Source: a bacterium (GTDB lineage Bacteria > Bacillota_I > Bacilli_A > RFN20 > DUOZ01). Taken from it: 43,823 nucleotides of DNA. The DNA is taken from the NCBI GenBank assembly GCA_012838555.1, contig DUOZ01000002.1:1-43823 (forward strand). Direction: 5' to 3'. Below, one piece after another: positions 28,718 to 38,761 of the stretch. The position numbers were made by a program, and so were the translations under genes. The number at the start of each line of letters is the position of its first letter. Position 1 is the first letter of the stretch. The notes beneath the pieces are model-generated. The model made no database searches. It saw nothing but the letters and a program-made list of their open reading frames with translations, and had not been told where the DNA came from.

Positions 28718-28832
28718 TTTAGGATAAATTTCATTTTAGTATCTTGTTTTAATAGGTATAATAAGATTAAATTAATTGTTATATTACATTATCTTATAGT
28801 ATACTTGTTATTAACTGAAAGAGGGGAATATT

Positions 28833-29540
28833 ATGGAATGGTTAAGTCAGATTTTTGACATCATCAACAACTTTTATAACAACTTAGTTCAATTTGGTAA
28901 TGACTTTATTAAAGTCTATAAAGACTGGGGACCACTTGCATGGATTTTTGCAGCATGGTTTGAATCAATTTTTCCTATTTTATTATTATCTGTTATTACT
29001 TGGGCTAATATTGAAGCCGCTCAATTAGCACTAGGTGACTTTTTTGGTTTTATCGTCGGATTTGGCTTAACTTATGCTGGAACAACTTTAGGTGCAATCA
29101 CAATGTTTTCCTTCTGGAGGTATGTAAGTGATAAAATTCGTTATTTCCGTAATAAGAAAAAAAAGAAACTTGAATCTGAAGAAGCTAAAGTAGTTCATGA
29201 ATCAAATCAAGGTGTAATAGGTTTATTTACAATATCAGCCTTACCTTTAGTACCTTCTTCAATTATTAATTTTACATATGCTTTTACAAGTATTAGAACT
29301 AGTGTTTTTATTAAAACAACAGCAGCATCAAAATTTATTATGATGTTATTAATGTCATTCTTTGCTGATAGTTTTTCTTATTTGTTTAGTGATTTAGTAA
29401 GGGCGGTTATTACTGCTATAGTAATTGGTATTATTTTCTTCTTACTAAATAGATATGAAAAGAATATTATTGAATTTGTTAAAAAATACGCTTATAAAAT
29501 TAAATATTTAAGAGAGTTAGATGAAAAAAGTCGTAATTAA
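28833..29540 (+). CDS. TVP38/TMEM64 (DedA/VTT-domain) family membrane protein
   Basis: Multi-pass membrane protein with a SNARE-associated/VTT-like pattern. SD AAAGAGGGGA precedes the start. Confidence 0.7.
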   Translation: MEWLSQIFDIINNFYNNLVQFGNDFIKVYKDWGPLAWIFAAWFESIFPILLLSVITWANIEAAQLALGDFFGFIVGFGLTYAGTTLGAITMFSFWRYVSDKIRYFRNKKKKKLESEEAKVVHESNQGVIGLFTISALPLVPSSIINFTYAFTSIRTSVFIKTTAASKFIMMLLMSFFADSFSYLFSDLVRAVITAIVIGIIFFLLNRYEKNIIEFVKKYAYKIKYLRELDEKSRN

Positions 29541-29555
29541 TAGAGGTGTTAAGAA

Positions 29556-30902
29556 GTGTTAGGAACAACAATTGCAGCTTTAGCTAGTGGTTATGGTGAA
29601 AGTGCACTTGCGATTATTAGAATCAGTGGTGAAGATAGTTTTAATTTGATTAATAAAGTTTTCACCAATAAATTTAAAGAAAATGAAGCTTGGAAAATGA
29701 AATATGGATTTTTAAAAGATCCTAAAACAAGTGATGTTATCGATGAAGTAATGTGTGTTTATTATGCTGCACCTAAATCATATACAGGTGAAGATATGGT
29801 GGAGATTTTTCTACATGGTGGAATTGTTATTATTGAAAAGGCTATGGCATTACTTTTAGCTAATGGAGCTAGACTAGCTCGAAATGGTGAATTTACTGAA
29901 CGCGCATATTTAAATGGCAGAATTGACTTAATCCAGGCTGAAGCCGTTAATGATATGATTCGTGCTTCTAGTGAAGAAGCCTTACAAGTTGCTCTTTCTT
30001 CTTTAAAAGGACAAGTTTCTCATGTTGTAAAAGATTTTAAAGAAGAAATTATTGATCTTTTATCACATATTGAAGTTAATATAGATTATCCTGAATATGA
30101 TGCTCAAGAAGAGTTAACACTTGAAGAGATTACACCTAGGATTAATAATTTAATTAAGGAAATAGAAAAGATTATTAATGATGCTAAAATTGGTAATATT
30201 ATCAAAGATGGAATCAAAACAGCAATCGTAGGTAAACCAAATGTTGGAAAATCAAGTTTATTAAATGCTTTAATTAAAGAAGATAAAGCAATTGTTACCC
30301 AAATACCTGGTACAACTAGAGATATCGTTGAAGGTAAGATTAACATTGATGGTATTATTTTGAACTTGCTTGATACAGCAGGCATTAGAATGAGTGACGA
30401 CGTTGTTGAAAAAATAGGTATTGAAAAAAGTATTAAAACTATTAAAGAAGCCCAGTTAGTTATTTTGGTTTTAGATGCTTCTAGACCTTTAGATGAAGAA
30501 GATAATTATTTATTAGATATCACGAAAAACACAAATCGAATAATCGTGTATAATAAAATTGACCAAGTTAATGATTTATCTACTTTTGAAGATAAGGTTG
30601 TAATAAGTGCTAAAAACAATCAATTAGATAATTTAATAAATAAAATAAAAGAACAAATAGGATTTAATCCTTCCGTTTATAAATATCGTCCGATATTATC
30701 TAATCAAAGGCATTTAATGTTAATGAACAAAGCTTATGATTATTTAAAAGAAGCTCATGAAGGCGCATTAAATGCATTACCTGTAGATTTAATTAGTGTT
30801 GATATTAAAAATGCTTTAGAAGCAGTGTTAGAACTTCTAGGTGAAGAGGTAAATATAGATATTTCACATGAGATATTTGCTAGATTTTGTGTAGGTAAGT
30901 AG
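29556..30902 (+). CDS. mnmE: tRNA modification GTPase MnmE
   Basis: G1 motif GKPNVGKSSLLN, DTAGIR and the C-terminal CVGK motif. GTG start. Confidence 0.95.
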   Translation: MLGTTIAALASGYGESALAIIRISGEDSFNLINKVFTNKFKENEAWKMKYGFLKDPKTSDVIDEVMCVYYAAPKSYTGEDMVEIFLHGGIVIIEKAMALLLANGARLARNGEFTERAYLNGRIDLIQAEAVNDMIRASSEEALQVALSSLKGQVSHVVKDFKEEIIDLLSHIEVNIDYPEYDAQEELTLEEITPRINNLIKEIEKIINDAKIGNIIKDGIKTAIVGKPNVGKSSLLNALIKEDKAIVTQIPGTTRDIVEGKINIDGIILNLLDTAGIRMSDDVVEKIGIEKSIKTIKEAQLVILVLDASRPLDEEDNYLLDITKNTNRIIVYNKIDQVNDLSTFEDKVVISAKNNQLDNLINKIKEQIGFNPSVYKYRPILSNQRHLMLMNKAYDYLKEAHEGALNALPVDLISVDIKNALEAVLELLGEEVNIDISHEIFARFCVGK

Positions 30903-30912
30903 GTGATTTAAG

Positions 30913-31677
30913 ATGTATTTTGATTCACATTGTCATTTAAATGATCCTTCATTATTAACTAATTTAGATGAAGTGATTAAAAGAGCTAAAGATAATGGTG
31001 TTACTTTAATGAATATAATTGGTTATGATTTATCTTCATCTAAGAAGGCAATTGAAATTGCTAATAAATATGAAGGAATTTATGCTACTGTTGGGATACA
31101 TCCTAATGATTTACACAAAATGAATAAAAATGATTTTGATGAAATTGAAAAATTATTAACAAAAGACAAGGTTATTGCAGTAGGTGAAATAGGGTTAGAT
31201 TACCATTATGAAGATACTTATAAAGATTTACAAAAAGAGTATTTAGTTAAGTTTTTACATTTAGCTAATAAGTATAAAAAACCGATTGTCATTCATGTTA
31301 GAGATGCATTAAATGATGCTTTAACAATTTTTAAAGAACATAAGAGTTTAATTATTGGTGGCGTTATGCATTGTTATAGTGGTAGTAAAGAAATGGCAAA
31401 AGAGTTCATTAAATTAGGTTTATATATAGGTGTTGATGGACCTGTTACTTTTTTAAATGCTCGCGTTATTAAAGAAGTTGTAAGTGATGTTCCATTAGAA
31501 TGGCTTTTAATTGAGACTGATTGTCCTTATTTAACTCCTCATCCATATCGAGGTAAAAGAAATGAGCCATCATACCTCCCTTTAATTGCTCAAAAAATCG
31601 CTGAACTTAAAAATCTAAGTGTTGAAGAAGTTGCTTTTACTACAACTAATAATGCTAAGAGGTTGTTTAATCTATGA
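30913..31677 (+). CDS. tatD: TatD-family metal-dependent DNase/hydrolase
   Basis: FDSHCHL and ETDCPYL motifs. The TGA stop overlaps the rnmV ATG (ATGA). Confidence 0.93.
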   Translation: MYFDSHCHLNDPSLLTNLDEVIKRAKDNGVTLMNIIGYDLSSSKKAIEIANKYEGIYATVGIHPNDLHKMNKNDFDEIEKLLTKDKVIAVGEIGLDYHYEDTYKDLQKEYLVKFLHLANKYKKPIVIHVRDALNDALTIFKEHKSLIIGGVMHCYSGSKEMAKEFIKLGLYIGVDGPVTFLNARVIKEVVSDVPLEWLLIETDCPYLTPHPYRGKRNEPSYLPLIAQKIAELKNLSVEEVAFTTTNNAKRLFNL

Positions 31678-32207
31678 AGCAAAAGATTAAAGAATTAATT
31701 GTTGTCGAAGGTACGACAGACGTTAATTTTTTACAATCATTTTTAGATGCTGATTTTGTTACTACTAGTGGAAGTGGGATAACACAAGAGACTATTGATT
31801 ATATAAAAGAGGCTTCGAAAACCCGAGGTGTTATTTTATTATTAGATCCTGATTATCCAGGAGAACAAACTAGAAAAAAAATTTCTAGTCAAGTTAGTAA
31901 TGTGAAACATGCTTTTATTAATCCTAAAAACGCTAAAAAGAATGGTAAACTAGGAGTAGCTGAATCTTCAAAAGAAGAAGTAATAAATGCTTTAGAAAAT
32001 ATTGCTACTTTTAACGAAGAACAAAAAACTTTATCTTGGGAAGAATTTTATGAACTAGGTTTAACTGGAAGAAGCGACTCTTTAAAAAGACGTTTATTAA
32101 TCGAAGAACACTTCCATTTAGGACATGGAAGTGCTAAAACCATTTTTAAAAGAATTAATGGTTTAGGTTTGACCTATGATGATTTAAAAAAAGTGGTAGG
32201 TGATTAA
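31674..32207 (+). CDS. rnmV: Ribonuclease M5
   Basis: Toprim motifs (VVEGTTD, LLDPDYPGE). Confidence 0.9.
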   Translation: MKQKIKELIVVEGTTDVNFLQSFLDADFVTTSGSGITQETIDYIKEASKTRGVILLLDPDYPGEQTRKKISSQVSNVKHAFINPKNAKKNGKLGVAESSKEEVINALENIATFNEEQKTLSWEEFYELGLTGRSDSLKRRLLIEEHFHLGHGSAKTIFKRINGLGLTYDDLKKVVGD

Positions 32208-33062
32208 ATGGATGTGATTGCCACATTAAAGAAAACAAGAGAAATAATGAATAAATATGGTATTAATGCCAAAAAGAAATTTGGTCAAAATTTTATTATT
32301 AATGAAGAAATTATTGATCGAATTGTCGATGTTTCTAATATTAATCATAATACCATTGTTATTGAAATCGGTCCGGGTCTAGGAGCGTTAACTCAGAAAT
32401 TATTAATGAAAGCTAAAAAGGTAATAGCTATTGAAATAGACTATACTTTGACAGATATTTTAAAAGAAGAATTAAAAGAGTTTAATAATTTGGAGATTAT
32501 TAATGAAGATGTTTTAAATGTAGATTTAAAAGCTTTAGTTAATAAGTATGATAAAGAAGATATTGTCCTTGTTTCTAATCTTCCTTATTATGTTACAAGT
32601 GATATTATGATTAAAATTTTTGAAGCTGATTTAAAAGGTGTTTCTTTAACTGTGATGATGCAAAAAGAAGTTGCAAGAAGAATTTTAAAAGGAGAAAATG
32701 AAAATTTACTTACTTTACTTTCTAAATATTACTTTGATGTTAAACTAGGATTTGAGGTTTCTAAAAATATCTTTCATCCTCGTCCAAATGTAGATTCAAC
32801 AATTTTAAGATATCTTCATAAACAAAATCGCCAACTAAATAAAGACCAAGAAATTATCTTAACAAATTTAATTAAAAACTTATATACGAAGAAAAGAAAA
32901 ACCCTTTTAAATAATTTAAAAGACTTATATGGTGAAGAGTTATCTATTTCTTTACTTGATGAATTAAATATTAATCAAAATGAACGAGTCGAGAAATTAA
33001 AACTAGAAGATTTTATTGCTTTAGTTAAAATCATTAGTCAATTTAGGCACCAAAATCACTAA
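32208..33062 (+). CDS. rsmA: 16S rRNA (adenine1518/1519-N6)-dimethyltransferase
   Basis: KKFGQNFI, SAM-binding motif EIGPGLGALT and NLPYY. Confidence 0.95.
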   Translation: MDVIATLKKTREIMNKYGINAKKKFGQNFIINEEIIDRIVDVSNINHNTIVIEIGPGLGALTQKLLMKAKKVIAIEIDYTLTDILKEELKEFNNLEIINEDVLNVDLKALVNKYDKEDIVLVSNLPYYVTSDIMIKIFEADLKGVSLTVMMQKEVARRILKGENENLLTLLSKYYFDVKLGFEVSKNIFHPRPNVDSTILRYLHKQNRQLNKDQEIILTNLIKNLYTKKRKTLLNNLKDLYGEELSISLLDELNINQNERVEKLKLEDFIALVKIISQFRHQNH

Positions 33063-33093
33063 ATCTCCTTATTATGTTATGGGAGGTTTTTTT

Positions 33094-33846
33094 ATGAGAG
33101 TTGGAGATCTAGTTACAAGAAGGAAATATAACCATGATATTGTTTTTAGGATAAGAGCAATTAAGGATAGGGTTGCCATTTTAGAAGGAGAAGTAATTAG
33201 ATTAAAAGCCGATGCACCACTTGATGATTTAGTTATTGCTTCTATTGTTGAAAAAGATGATAATATATTAGAAAATGAACTTTTTGTTAGGAATGATGAT
33301 AGTGCTTTGATTAAAGGTAGGGTCTTACATATTGATGGAGACCAGCGATATTTAAATAGGAGTTTAAAGATTTATTCTAAATATAACGTTCCAGTTGTAG
33401 GTTACTTTTTAGATGAAAAAGAAATGCCCAAGCAAATAACTAATTTACTTGTTCAACATAAACCAGATATTTTAGTTATTACAGGTCATGATTCTTATCG
33501 TAGTGTTAATAATCAGGAGGTTTATTTAAACTCTGATAATTTCATTTTAACGGTTAAGAATGCTAGAATTTATCAACCAGATAAAGACTCATTAGTTATT
33601 TTTGCTGGAGCATGTCAGTCATATTATGAAGGATTAATAGCTAGTGGTGCTAATTTTGCTTCATCACCAAAAAGATTAAATATTCATCTTCTTGATCCAG
33701 TTTATATTGCTATTCAAGTGGCAAATACTCATGTAGGTGAATATGTTAGTGTCGATAAAGTATTAAAGAATACTCAATCTCATGGTAAGGGGTTAGGTGG
33801 TATTGATACAAGAGGTGTCGCAAGAAGAATTTATATGGGAGTGTGA
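33094..33846 (+). CDS. yabG: Sporulation peptidase YabG
   Basis: The start is moved to the ATG at 33094, which follows SD GGGAGG. YabG-like sequence (GDLVTRRKYNHDIVFRI, ILVITGHD, FAGACQSY) sits in the B. subtilis-like position after ksgA. Confidence 0.85.
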   Translation: MRVGDLVTRRKYNHDIVFRIRAIKDRVAILEGEVIRLKADAPLDDLVIASIVEKDDNILENELFVRNDDSALIKGRVLHIDGDQRYLNRSLKIYSKYNVPVVGYFLDEKEMPKQITNLLVQHKPDILVITGHDSYRSVNNQEVYLNSDNFILTVKNARIYQPDKDSLVIFAGACQSYYEGLIASGANFASSPKRLNIHLLDPVYIAIQVANTHVGEYVSVDKVLKNTQSHGKGLGGIDTRGVARRIYMGV

Positions 33847-33851
33847 AAGTA

Positions 33852-34703
33852 ATGAAATTAAGATGTCATGCCAAAATTAATTTAGTATTAGATGTACTAA
33901 ATCGAAGAGAAGATAATTTTCATAATTTAGATTCAATTATGTTATTAGTATCTTTATATGATGAATTAGAAGTAAAATTAAATAAAAGTGGAGAAATAAA
34001 TATCACTACTTTTGGTATGAATCTTAAAAAAGAAGATAACTTAATATATAAATGTCTAAATTTGTTGAAAAATGAATATAATTTCACTGAAGGATTTGAT
34101 GTTTATCTTAATAAGAAAATTCCTCTTGAATCAGGGCTTGGTGGTGGCAGTAGTGATGCTGCAGGTGCTTTAAAGGCTGCTAATGAGTTATTAAAGTTAA
34201 ATTTATCATTAGATGAACTTGCTCTTAGAGGCTCCCAAGTTGGTTCAGATATTCCTTTTTTTATTTTTAATCAACACGCTCGAATTAAAAATAAAGGTGA
34301 AAAAGTTATTGCCCTTGAGGAAGTAAATATCAATCCTTATATTTTATTGGTCAAACCTAATTTTGGGGTATCAACAAAAGAAGCTTATCAAACTTTAAAT
34401 ATAAATGAATTAAAGCATTGCGATGTTGATAAAGTGGTAAAAGCTTTAAGTGATGGAGATTATCACTTAGTTTGTTCTTTATTATTTAATAGTTTAGAAG
34501 ATTCGTCTTTTAAATTAAATTCAAAATTAAAAGATATAAAAATGGAACTAATAGATTATGGATTTGATGGTGCTTTAATGAGTGGTAGTGGCTCAACGAT
34601 TTTTGCTTTAACAAATGATCAAGAATTAGCAGTTAATGGAATGGAGTATTTTAATAATAAATATGGGTTTGCCCAAGTCGTTCACATTTTAAAAGGAGTG
34701 TAA
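33852..34703 (+). CDS. ispE: 4-diphosphocytidyl-2-C-methyl-D-erythritol kinase
   Basis: AKINLVLDV and the GHMP kinase motif PLESGLGGGSSDAA. The start could be the GTG at 33843 or the ATG at 33852. Confidence 0.92.
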   Translation: MKLRCHAKINLVLDVLNRREDNFHNLDSIMLLVSLYDELEVKLNKSGEINITTFGMNLKKEDNLIYKCLNLLKNEYNFTEGFDVYLNKKIPLESGLGGGSSDAAGALKAANELLKLNLSLDELALRGSQVGSDIPFFIFNQHARIKNKGEKVIALEEVNINPYILLVKPNFGVSTKEAYQTLNINELKHCDVDKVVKALSDGDYHLVCSLLFNSLEDSSFKLNSKLKDIKMELIDYGFDGALMSGSGSTIFALTNDQELAVNGMEYFNNKYGFAQVVHILKGV

Positions 34704-34706
34704 TTA

Positions 34707-36074
34707 GTGAAGACTTATGCTTTGATTCTTGCTGCGGGAAAGAGCACGAGGATGAATACATCTAAATCTAAGATGCTTCAACCTATGCTTGATCGTGGTG
34801 TCATTGAATATGTTGTTAATAATGTTAAAAAGAGTATGATCAATGATATATATGTTGTAGTAGGCCATCAAAAAGAACAAATTATGGAGTTGTTAAAAGA
34901 TCAAGTTACCTTTATTGAACAAGTTAATCAAAAAGGGACAGCAGATGCACTTTTAAGTGCTTATGAAGAGTTAAAGGATAAACAAGGTAATTTGTTAGTA
35001 ACATGCGGAGATATGCCTTTAATTGATGAAAACATTATTCGTAGAGTAATTGACGAGCATATAAATAAAAAGGCAACAGCAACTTTATTAGTATCAAGAG
35101 TTTCTAATCCTAAAGGATTAGGTAGAATTGTTACTAAAAACGGAGTATTTGAAAGAATAGTTGAAGAAAGAGAAGCTTTAATAGAAGAAAAAAAGATTAA
35201 TATAGTTAATAGCGGCACTTACTGTTTTGATATAGAAGTGCTTTTTCAATTCTTAAGAAGATTAAAAAAGCGTAGTAGTGGTGAATTTTATTTAACTGAT
35301 ATTTTTGAATTAATGGTTAATGAAGGTAAAGTAGTTAATTTAATTTATGAAGAAGATGAAACATGTATGTATGGTATTAATGATTTTTATGAACTAAATC
35401 GGGCTTGTAATGCCTTAAAAAGAAAAATTAATACCAAACATTGTTTAAATGGAGTTAATATTCAAGATTTAGAAAGTACATATATTGGTATAGATGTCAT
35501 TATTAGTAGTGGATCAACAATATTACCTAATACTTACCTTTATGGTAAGACAATTATTAAAGAAGGGGCTGTGATTGGTCCGAATACACAAATAAATAAT
35601 AGTGTTATTGGTAAAAATAGTGTTGTTACTAACTCAGTAGTAGATAGTTGTACAATTGATGAAAATTGCTTAGTTGGACCCTTTGCTAACTTAAAAAATG
35701 GTAGTCATCTTCATGATAATGTTGTTATAGGTGACTTTGTTGAAGTTAAAAAGAGCGAAATTGGCCATAATACTAAGGCAAAGCATCATGCCTATATTGG
35801 TGATGCTAAAATAGGTAGAAAAGTTAATATAGGATGTGGAGTTATTTTTGCTAATTATGATGGGAAAAAGAAACATCTAACTTTAGTCAAAGATAATGTT
35901 TTTATTGGGTCAAATGTAACCTTAGTTGCTCCTTTAGAAATTAATGAAAATTCATATATTGCAGCTGGTTCAACCATAACCGATAATATACCTCAAAATA
36001 CTTTGGCTATTGCTAGACAAAGGCAAGTCAATAAACTAGAATATGTATGGAAGATGAAAGATAAGAATTCTTAG
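34707..36074 (+). CDS. glmU: Bifunctional UDP-N-acetylglucosamine pyrophosphorylase / GlcN-1-P acetyltransferase
   Basis: LILAAGKSTRM and the C-terminal left-handed beta-helix hexapeptide repeats. GTG start after SD AAAGGAG. Confidence 0.95.
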   Translation: MKTYALILAAGKSTRMNTSKSKMLQPMLDRGVIEYVVNNVKKSMINDIYVVVGHQKEQIMELLKDQVTFIEQVNQKGTADALLSAYEELKDKQGNLLVTCGDMPLIDENIIRRVIDEHINKKATATLLVSRVSNPKGLGRIVTKNGVFERIVEEREALIEEKKINIVNSGTYCFDIEVLFQFLRRLKKRSSGEFYLTDIFELMVNEGKVVNLIYEEDETCMYGINDFYELNRACNALKRKINTKHCLNGVNIQDLESTYIGIDVIISSGSTILPNTYLYGKTIIKEGAVIGPNTQINNSVIGKNSVVTNSVVDSCTIDENCLVGPFANLKNGSHLHDNVVIGDFVEVKKSEIGHNTKAKHHAYIGDAKIGRKVNIGCGVIFANYDGKKKHLTLVKDNVFIGSNVTLVAPLEINENSYIAAGSTITDNIPQNTLAIARQRQVNKLEYVWKMKDKNS

Positions 36075-36085
36075 GGGGGACTAAT

Positions 36086-37039
36086 ATGTTGGAAAGAGCA
36101 GCAATATTCGCACTAACATCTAACGTAGATATGGCACAAAAGGTTGTCGATTATTTGGGGGTACCATTAAGGGATTGCGCAGTTAGACATTTTAAAGACG
36201 GTGAAATCATCGTTGATATACCTGAATCAGTCAGAGGTAAAAATGTTTATGTTATTCAGTCAACTTGTAATCCAGCGACTGAAAAGTTAATGGAGTTATT
36301 AATCTTCGTTGATGCAATGAAAAGAGCATCAGCTAAATCAATTACCGTTATAACTCCTTATTATGGTTATTCTAGGCAAGACCGTAAAGCAAAAGCGAGA
36401 GAACCAATTACTGCTAGACTGGTGGCCGACATGCTAGAAGTAGCAGGAATTGATCGAATTGTGACTGTTGACTTACATGCACCACAAATTCAAGGTTTCT
36501 TTTCGGTACCAGCGGATGATTTATCGGCAATTCCTTTATTTGGAAGGTATTTATTACAAACATTAAAAAATAAAGATATTATTGTTGTATCACCAGACCA
36601 TGGTGGAGTAACTAGAGCAAGAAGGTTAGCCAACATATTACAAGCTCCGATTGCAATTATCGATAAAAGAAGACCAAAGCCTAATGTAGCTGAAATTATG
36701 AATATTATTGGTGATGTTTCTGGTAAAGTTGCAGTAATGATTGATGATATTACTGATACTGCAGGAACATTAATCGCCGGTGCAAGAGCAGTTTTAGATA
36801 ATGGCGCAGAAGAAGTCTTTGCTTGTGTAAGCCACGGCTTATTATCTTATCCTGCTAAAGACAATTTAGTAAAATCTTGTATAAAACAATTAATTATCAC
36901 CGATACAGTTCCTTTATCAAGTGAAAATTGTTGTGAGAAAATAAAAGTTGTTTCAATTGCTCCAATGATTGCTAAAGTTATTGAACATATTGAACTAGGT
37001 AAACCATTAAGTGTAGTTTACGATTTATTTAACAAGTAA
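36086..37039 (+). CDS. prs: Ribose-phosphate pyrophosphokinase
   Basis: YYGYSRQDRK and the PRPP-binding loop MIDDITDTAGT. Confidence 0.96.
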   Translation: MLERAAIFALTSNVDMAQKVVDYLGVPLRDCAVRHFKDGEIIVDIPESVRGKNVYVIQSTCNPATEKLMELLIFVDAMKRASAKSITVITPYYGYSRQDRKAKAREPITARLVADMLEVAGIDRIVTVDLHAPQIQGFFSVPADDLSAIPLFGRYLLQTLKNKDIIVVSPDHGGVTRARRLANILQAPIAIIDKRRPKPNVAEIMNIIGDVSGKVAVMIDDITDTAGTLIAGARAVLDNGAEEVFACVSHGLLSYPAKDNLVKSCIKQLIITDTVPLSSENCCEKIKVVSIAPMIAKVIEHIELGKPLSVVYDLFNK

Positions 37040-37045
37040 AGAATT

Positions 37046-37073
37046 ACGACACTGTAAAAAGTGTCGTTTTTTT
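37046..37073 (+). terminator. Intrinsic terminator after prs
   Basis: Hairpin ACGACACT/AGTGTCGT followed by TTTTTT. Confidence 0.8.
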
Positions 37074-37119
37074 GTGTTGATTCACCTCTTAATTTCATAG
37101 ACTTGAAAGAGGTGAGAGG

Positions 37120-38187
37120 ATGTTAATTAAGCTATTTTTAGTAGTTTTATTATTTTTTAATAATACACAACCTGTTTATAATAAACTTCAAATCTATGCC
37201 CAAAGTTATGTGGTAATGGATGGATATACGACTCAAGTTTTAGAAGGTAGAGCTATAGATTTACAAAGAAGTGTCGCCTCAATTTCAAAAATCATGACGG
37301 CGATGATTGCAATTGAAAAAGGTAATCTTAGTGATGAGGTCGTTATTAGTAAAGAAATCGAACAAGTTTATGGAAGTATGATTTATTGTAGTATTGGACA
37401 AGTTTATACACTTGAAGAACTTCTTTATGGATTGTTATTAAGAAGTGGTAATGATGCCGCTATGATGATTGCTAAACATGTCGGAGGGAGCATTGATAAT
37501 TTTGTAGAAATGATGAATGAAAAAGCTAGGGAATTAAGAATGGTTAACACGGTTTTTGTTAATCCAAGTGGGTTAGATGAAAAAGATGGTGGAAATCTTT
37601 CAACTGCATATGATATGGCTCTTTTAATGGCTTATGCTTCTAAGAACGATACTTTTAATAAGATTAGTGGTTCAACTACATTTAGAAGTAGATTAAAAGG
37701 TTTATGGGAGAATAAGAATCGTTTGTTAAAAATTTATAGTAAAACAATAAGTGGTAAGACTGGATATACAAGAAAGGCAAAAAGAACATTATCAACAGCA
37801 GCTAAAGACAATGATACACATTTAGTTATTGTAACTTTAAATTGTGGTGGTGATTTTGCTTTACATAAACAACTGTATGAACATTATTTTAATAAGTATG
37901 AAAGAAGAGTTTTAATTGAAAAAGGAGATCTTGAAGTAGAAGGCTACAAAATTCATGTTGATGAAGAAGTCTCCTATATGATGGAAAAAAATAAATGGAA
38001 AGATGCAAAATTATTACTTAATATTAATTTAGATGATAAAAGATGCTATGTATATTTGATTAAAAATGGTAATGATAAGGTATTATTGGATAGTTTTAAA
38101 TTTAGTAAAATAACAATTAAGGAAGACGACAATAATTGGTTTAATTCGTTTTTAAATTGGTTAAAAGAGGTGTTCTCTTTTGGCTAA
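37120..38187 (+). CDS. dacB: D-alanyl-D-alanine carboxypeptidase (S11), DacB-like
   Basis: SxxK (SISK), SGN and KTG motifs. It is followed by spmA-spmB, as in the B. subtilis dacB operon. Confidence 0.85.
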   Translation: MLIKLFLVVLLFFNNTQPVYNKLQIYAQSYVVMDGYTTQVLEGRAIDLQRSVASISKIMTAMIAIEKGNLSDEVVISKEIEQVYGSMIYCSIGQVYTLEELLYGLLLRSGNDAAMMIAKHVGGSIDNFVEMMNEKARELRMVNTVFVNPSGLDEKDGGNLSTAYDMALLMAYASKNDTFNKISGSTTFRSRLKGLWENKNRLLKIYSKTISGKTGYTRKAKRTLSTAAKDNDTHLVIVTLNCGGDFALHKQLYEHYFNKYERRVLIEKGDLEVEGYKIHVDEEVSYMMEKNKWKDAKLLLNINLDDKRCYVYLIKNGNDKVLLDSFKFSKITIKEDDNNWFNSFLNWLKEVFSFG

Positions 38188-38761
38188 AATTTGGACATTC
38201 ATCATCATTATTTCTATGTTGTATGGCTTAGTAACTTTTCGAAGTGAAGAGTTAACTAAAGCATTGCTTTCGATTCCTTTAGAAGCTTTACAAGTTAGTT
38301 TTACCATGGTAAGTGCTGCATGTTTTTGGAGTGGCTTTTTATATATTATGAAAGATAGTGGTTTAATAGATTTAATAGCTTTTTCATTACAACCAGTATT
38401 AAAGCTAATCTTTCCAAAATTAAAAGATAAAGAAGCATTAAATTATATATCAATTAATGTCGCAGCGAATCTTTTAGGTCTAGGTTCTGCTGCGACTCCA
38501 AGTGGTTTAATGGCGATGAGACGACTTTCAGAAATATCACCTAGAAAAAAAGATGTAGCTAGTGATGATATGGTTACTTTTCTAGTTTTAAATACTTCAG
38601 GATTAACCTTAATTCCAACAACAGTTATGGCTATAAGACAAAGTTTAGGTTCACAAAATCCTGCTGATTTTTTATTACTTGGTTTAATTGCAACATCTAT
38701 ATCTACCTTTTTGGGTTTAGTATTTGAAAGATTATTAAGGCAGGTAAAGCAATATGACTAA
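38180..38761 (+). CDS. spmA: Spore maturation protein A
   Basis: Nucleoside-recognition (Gate) membrane protein. The TTG start follows SD AAAGAGGTG and overlaps the end of dacB. Confidence 0.85.
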   Translation: MAKIWTFIIIISMLYGLVTFRSEELTKALLSIPLEALQVSFTMVSAACFWSGFLYIMKDSGLIDLIAFSLQPVLKLIFPKLKDKEALNYISINVAANLLGLGSAATPSGLMAMRRLSEISPRKKDVASDDMVTFLVLNTSGLTLIPTTVMAIRQSLGSQNPADFLLLGLIATSISTFLGLVFERLLRQVKQYD

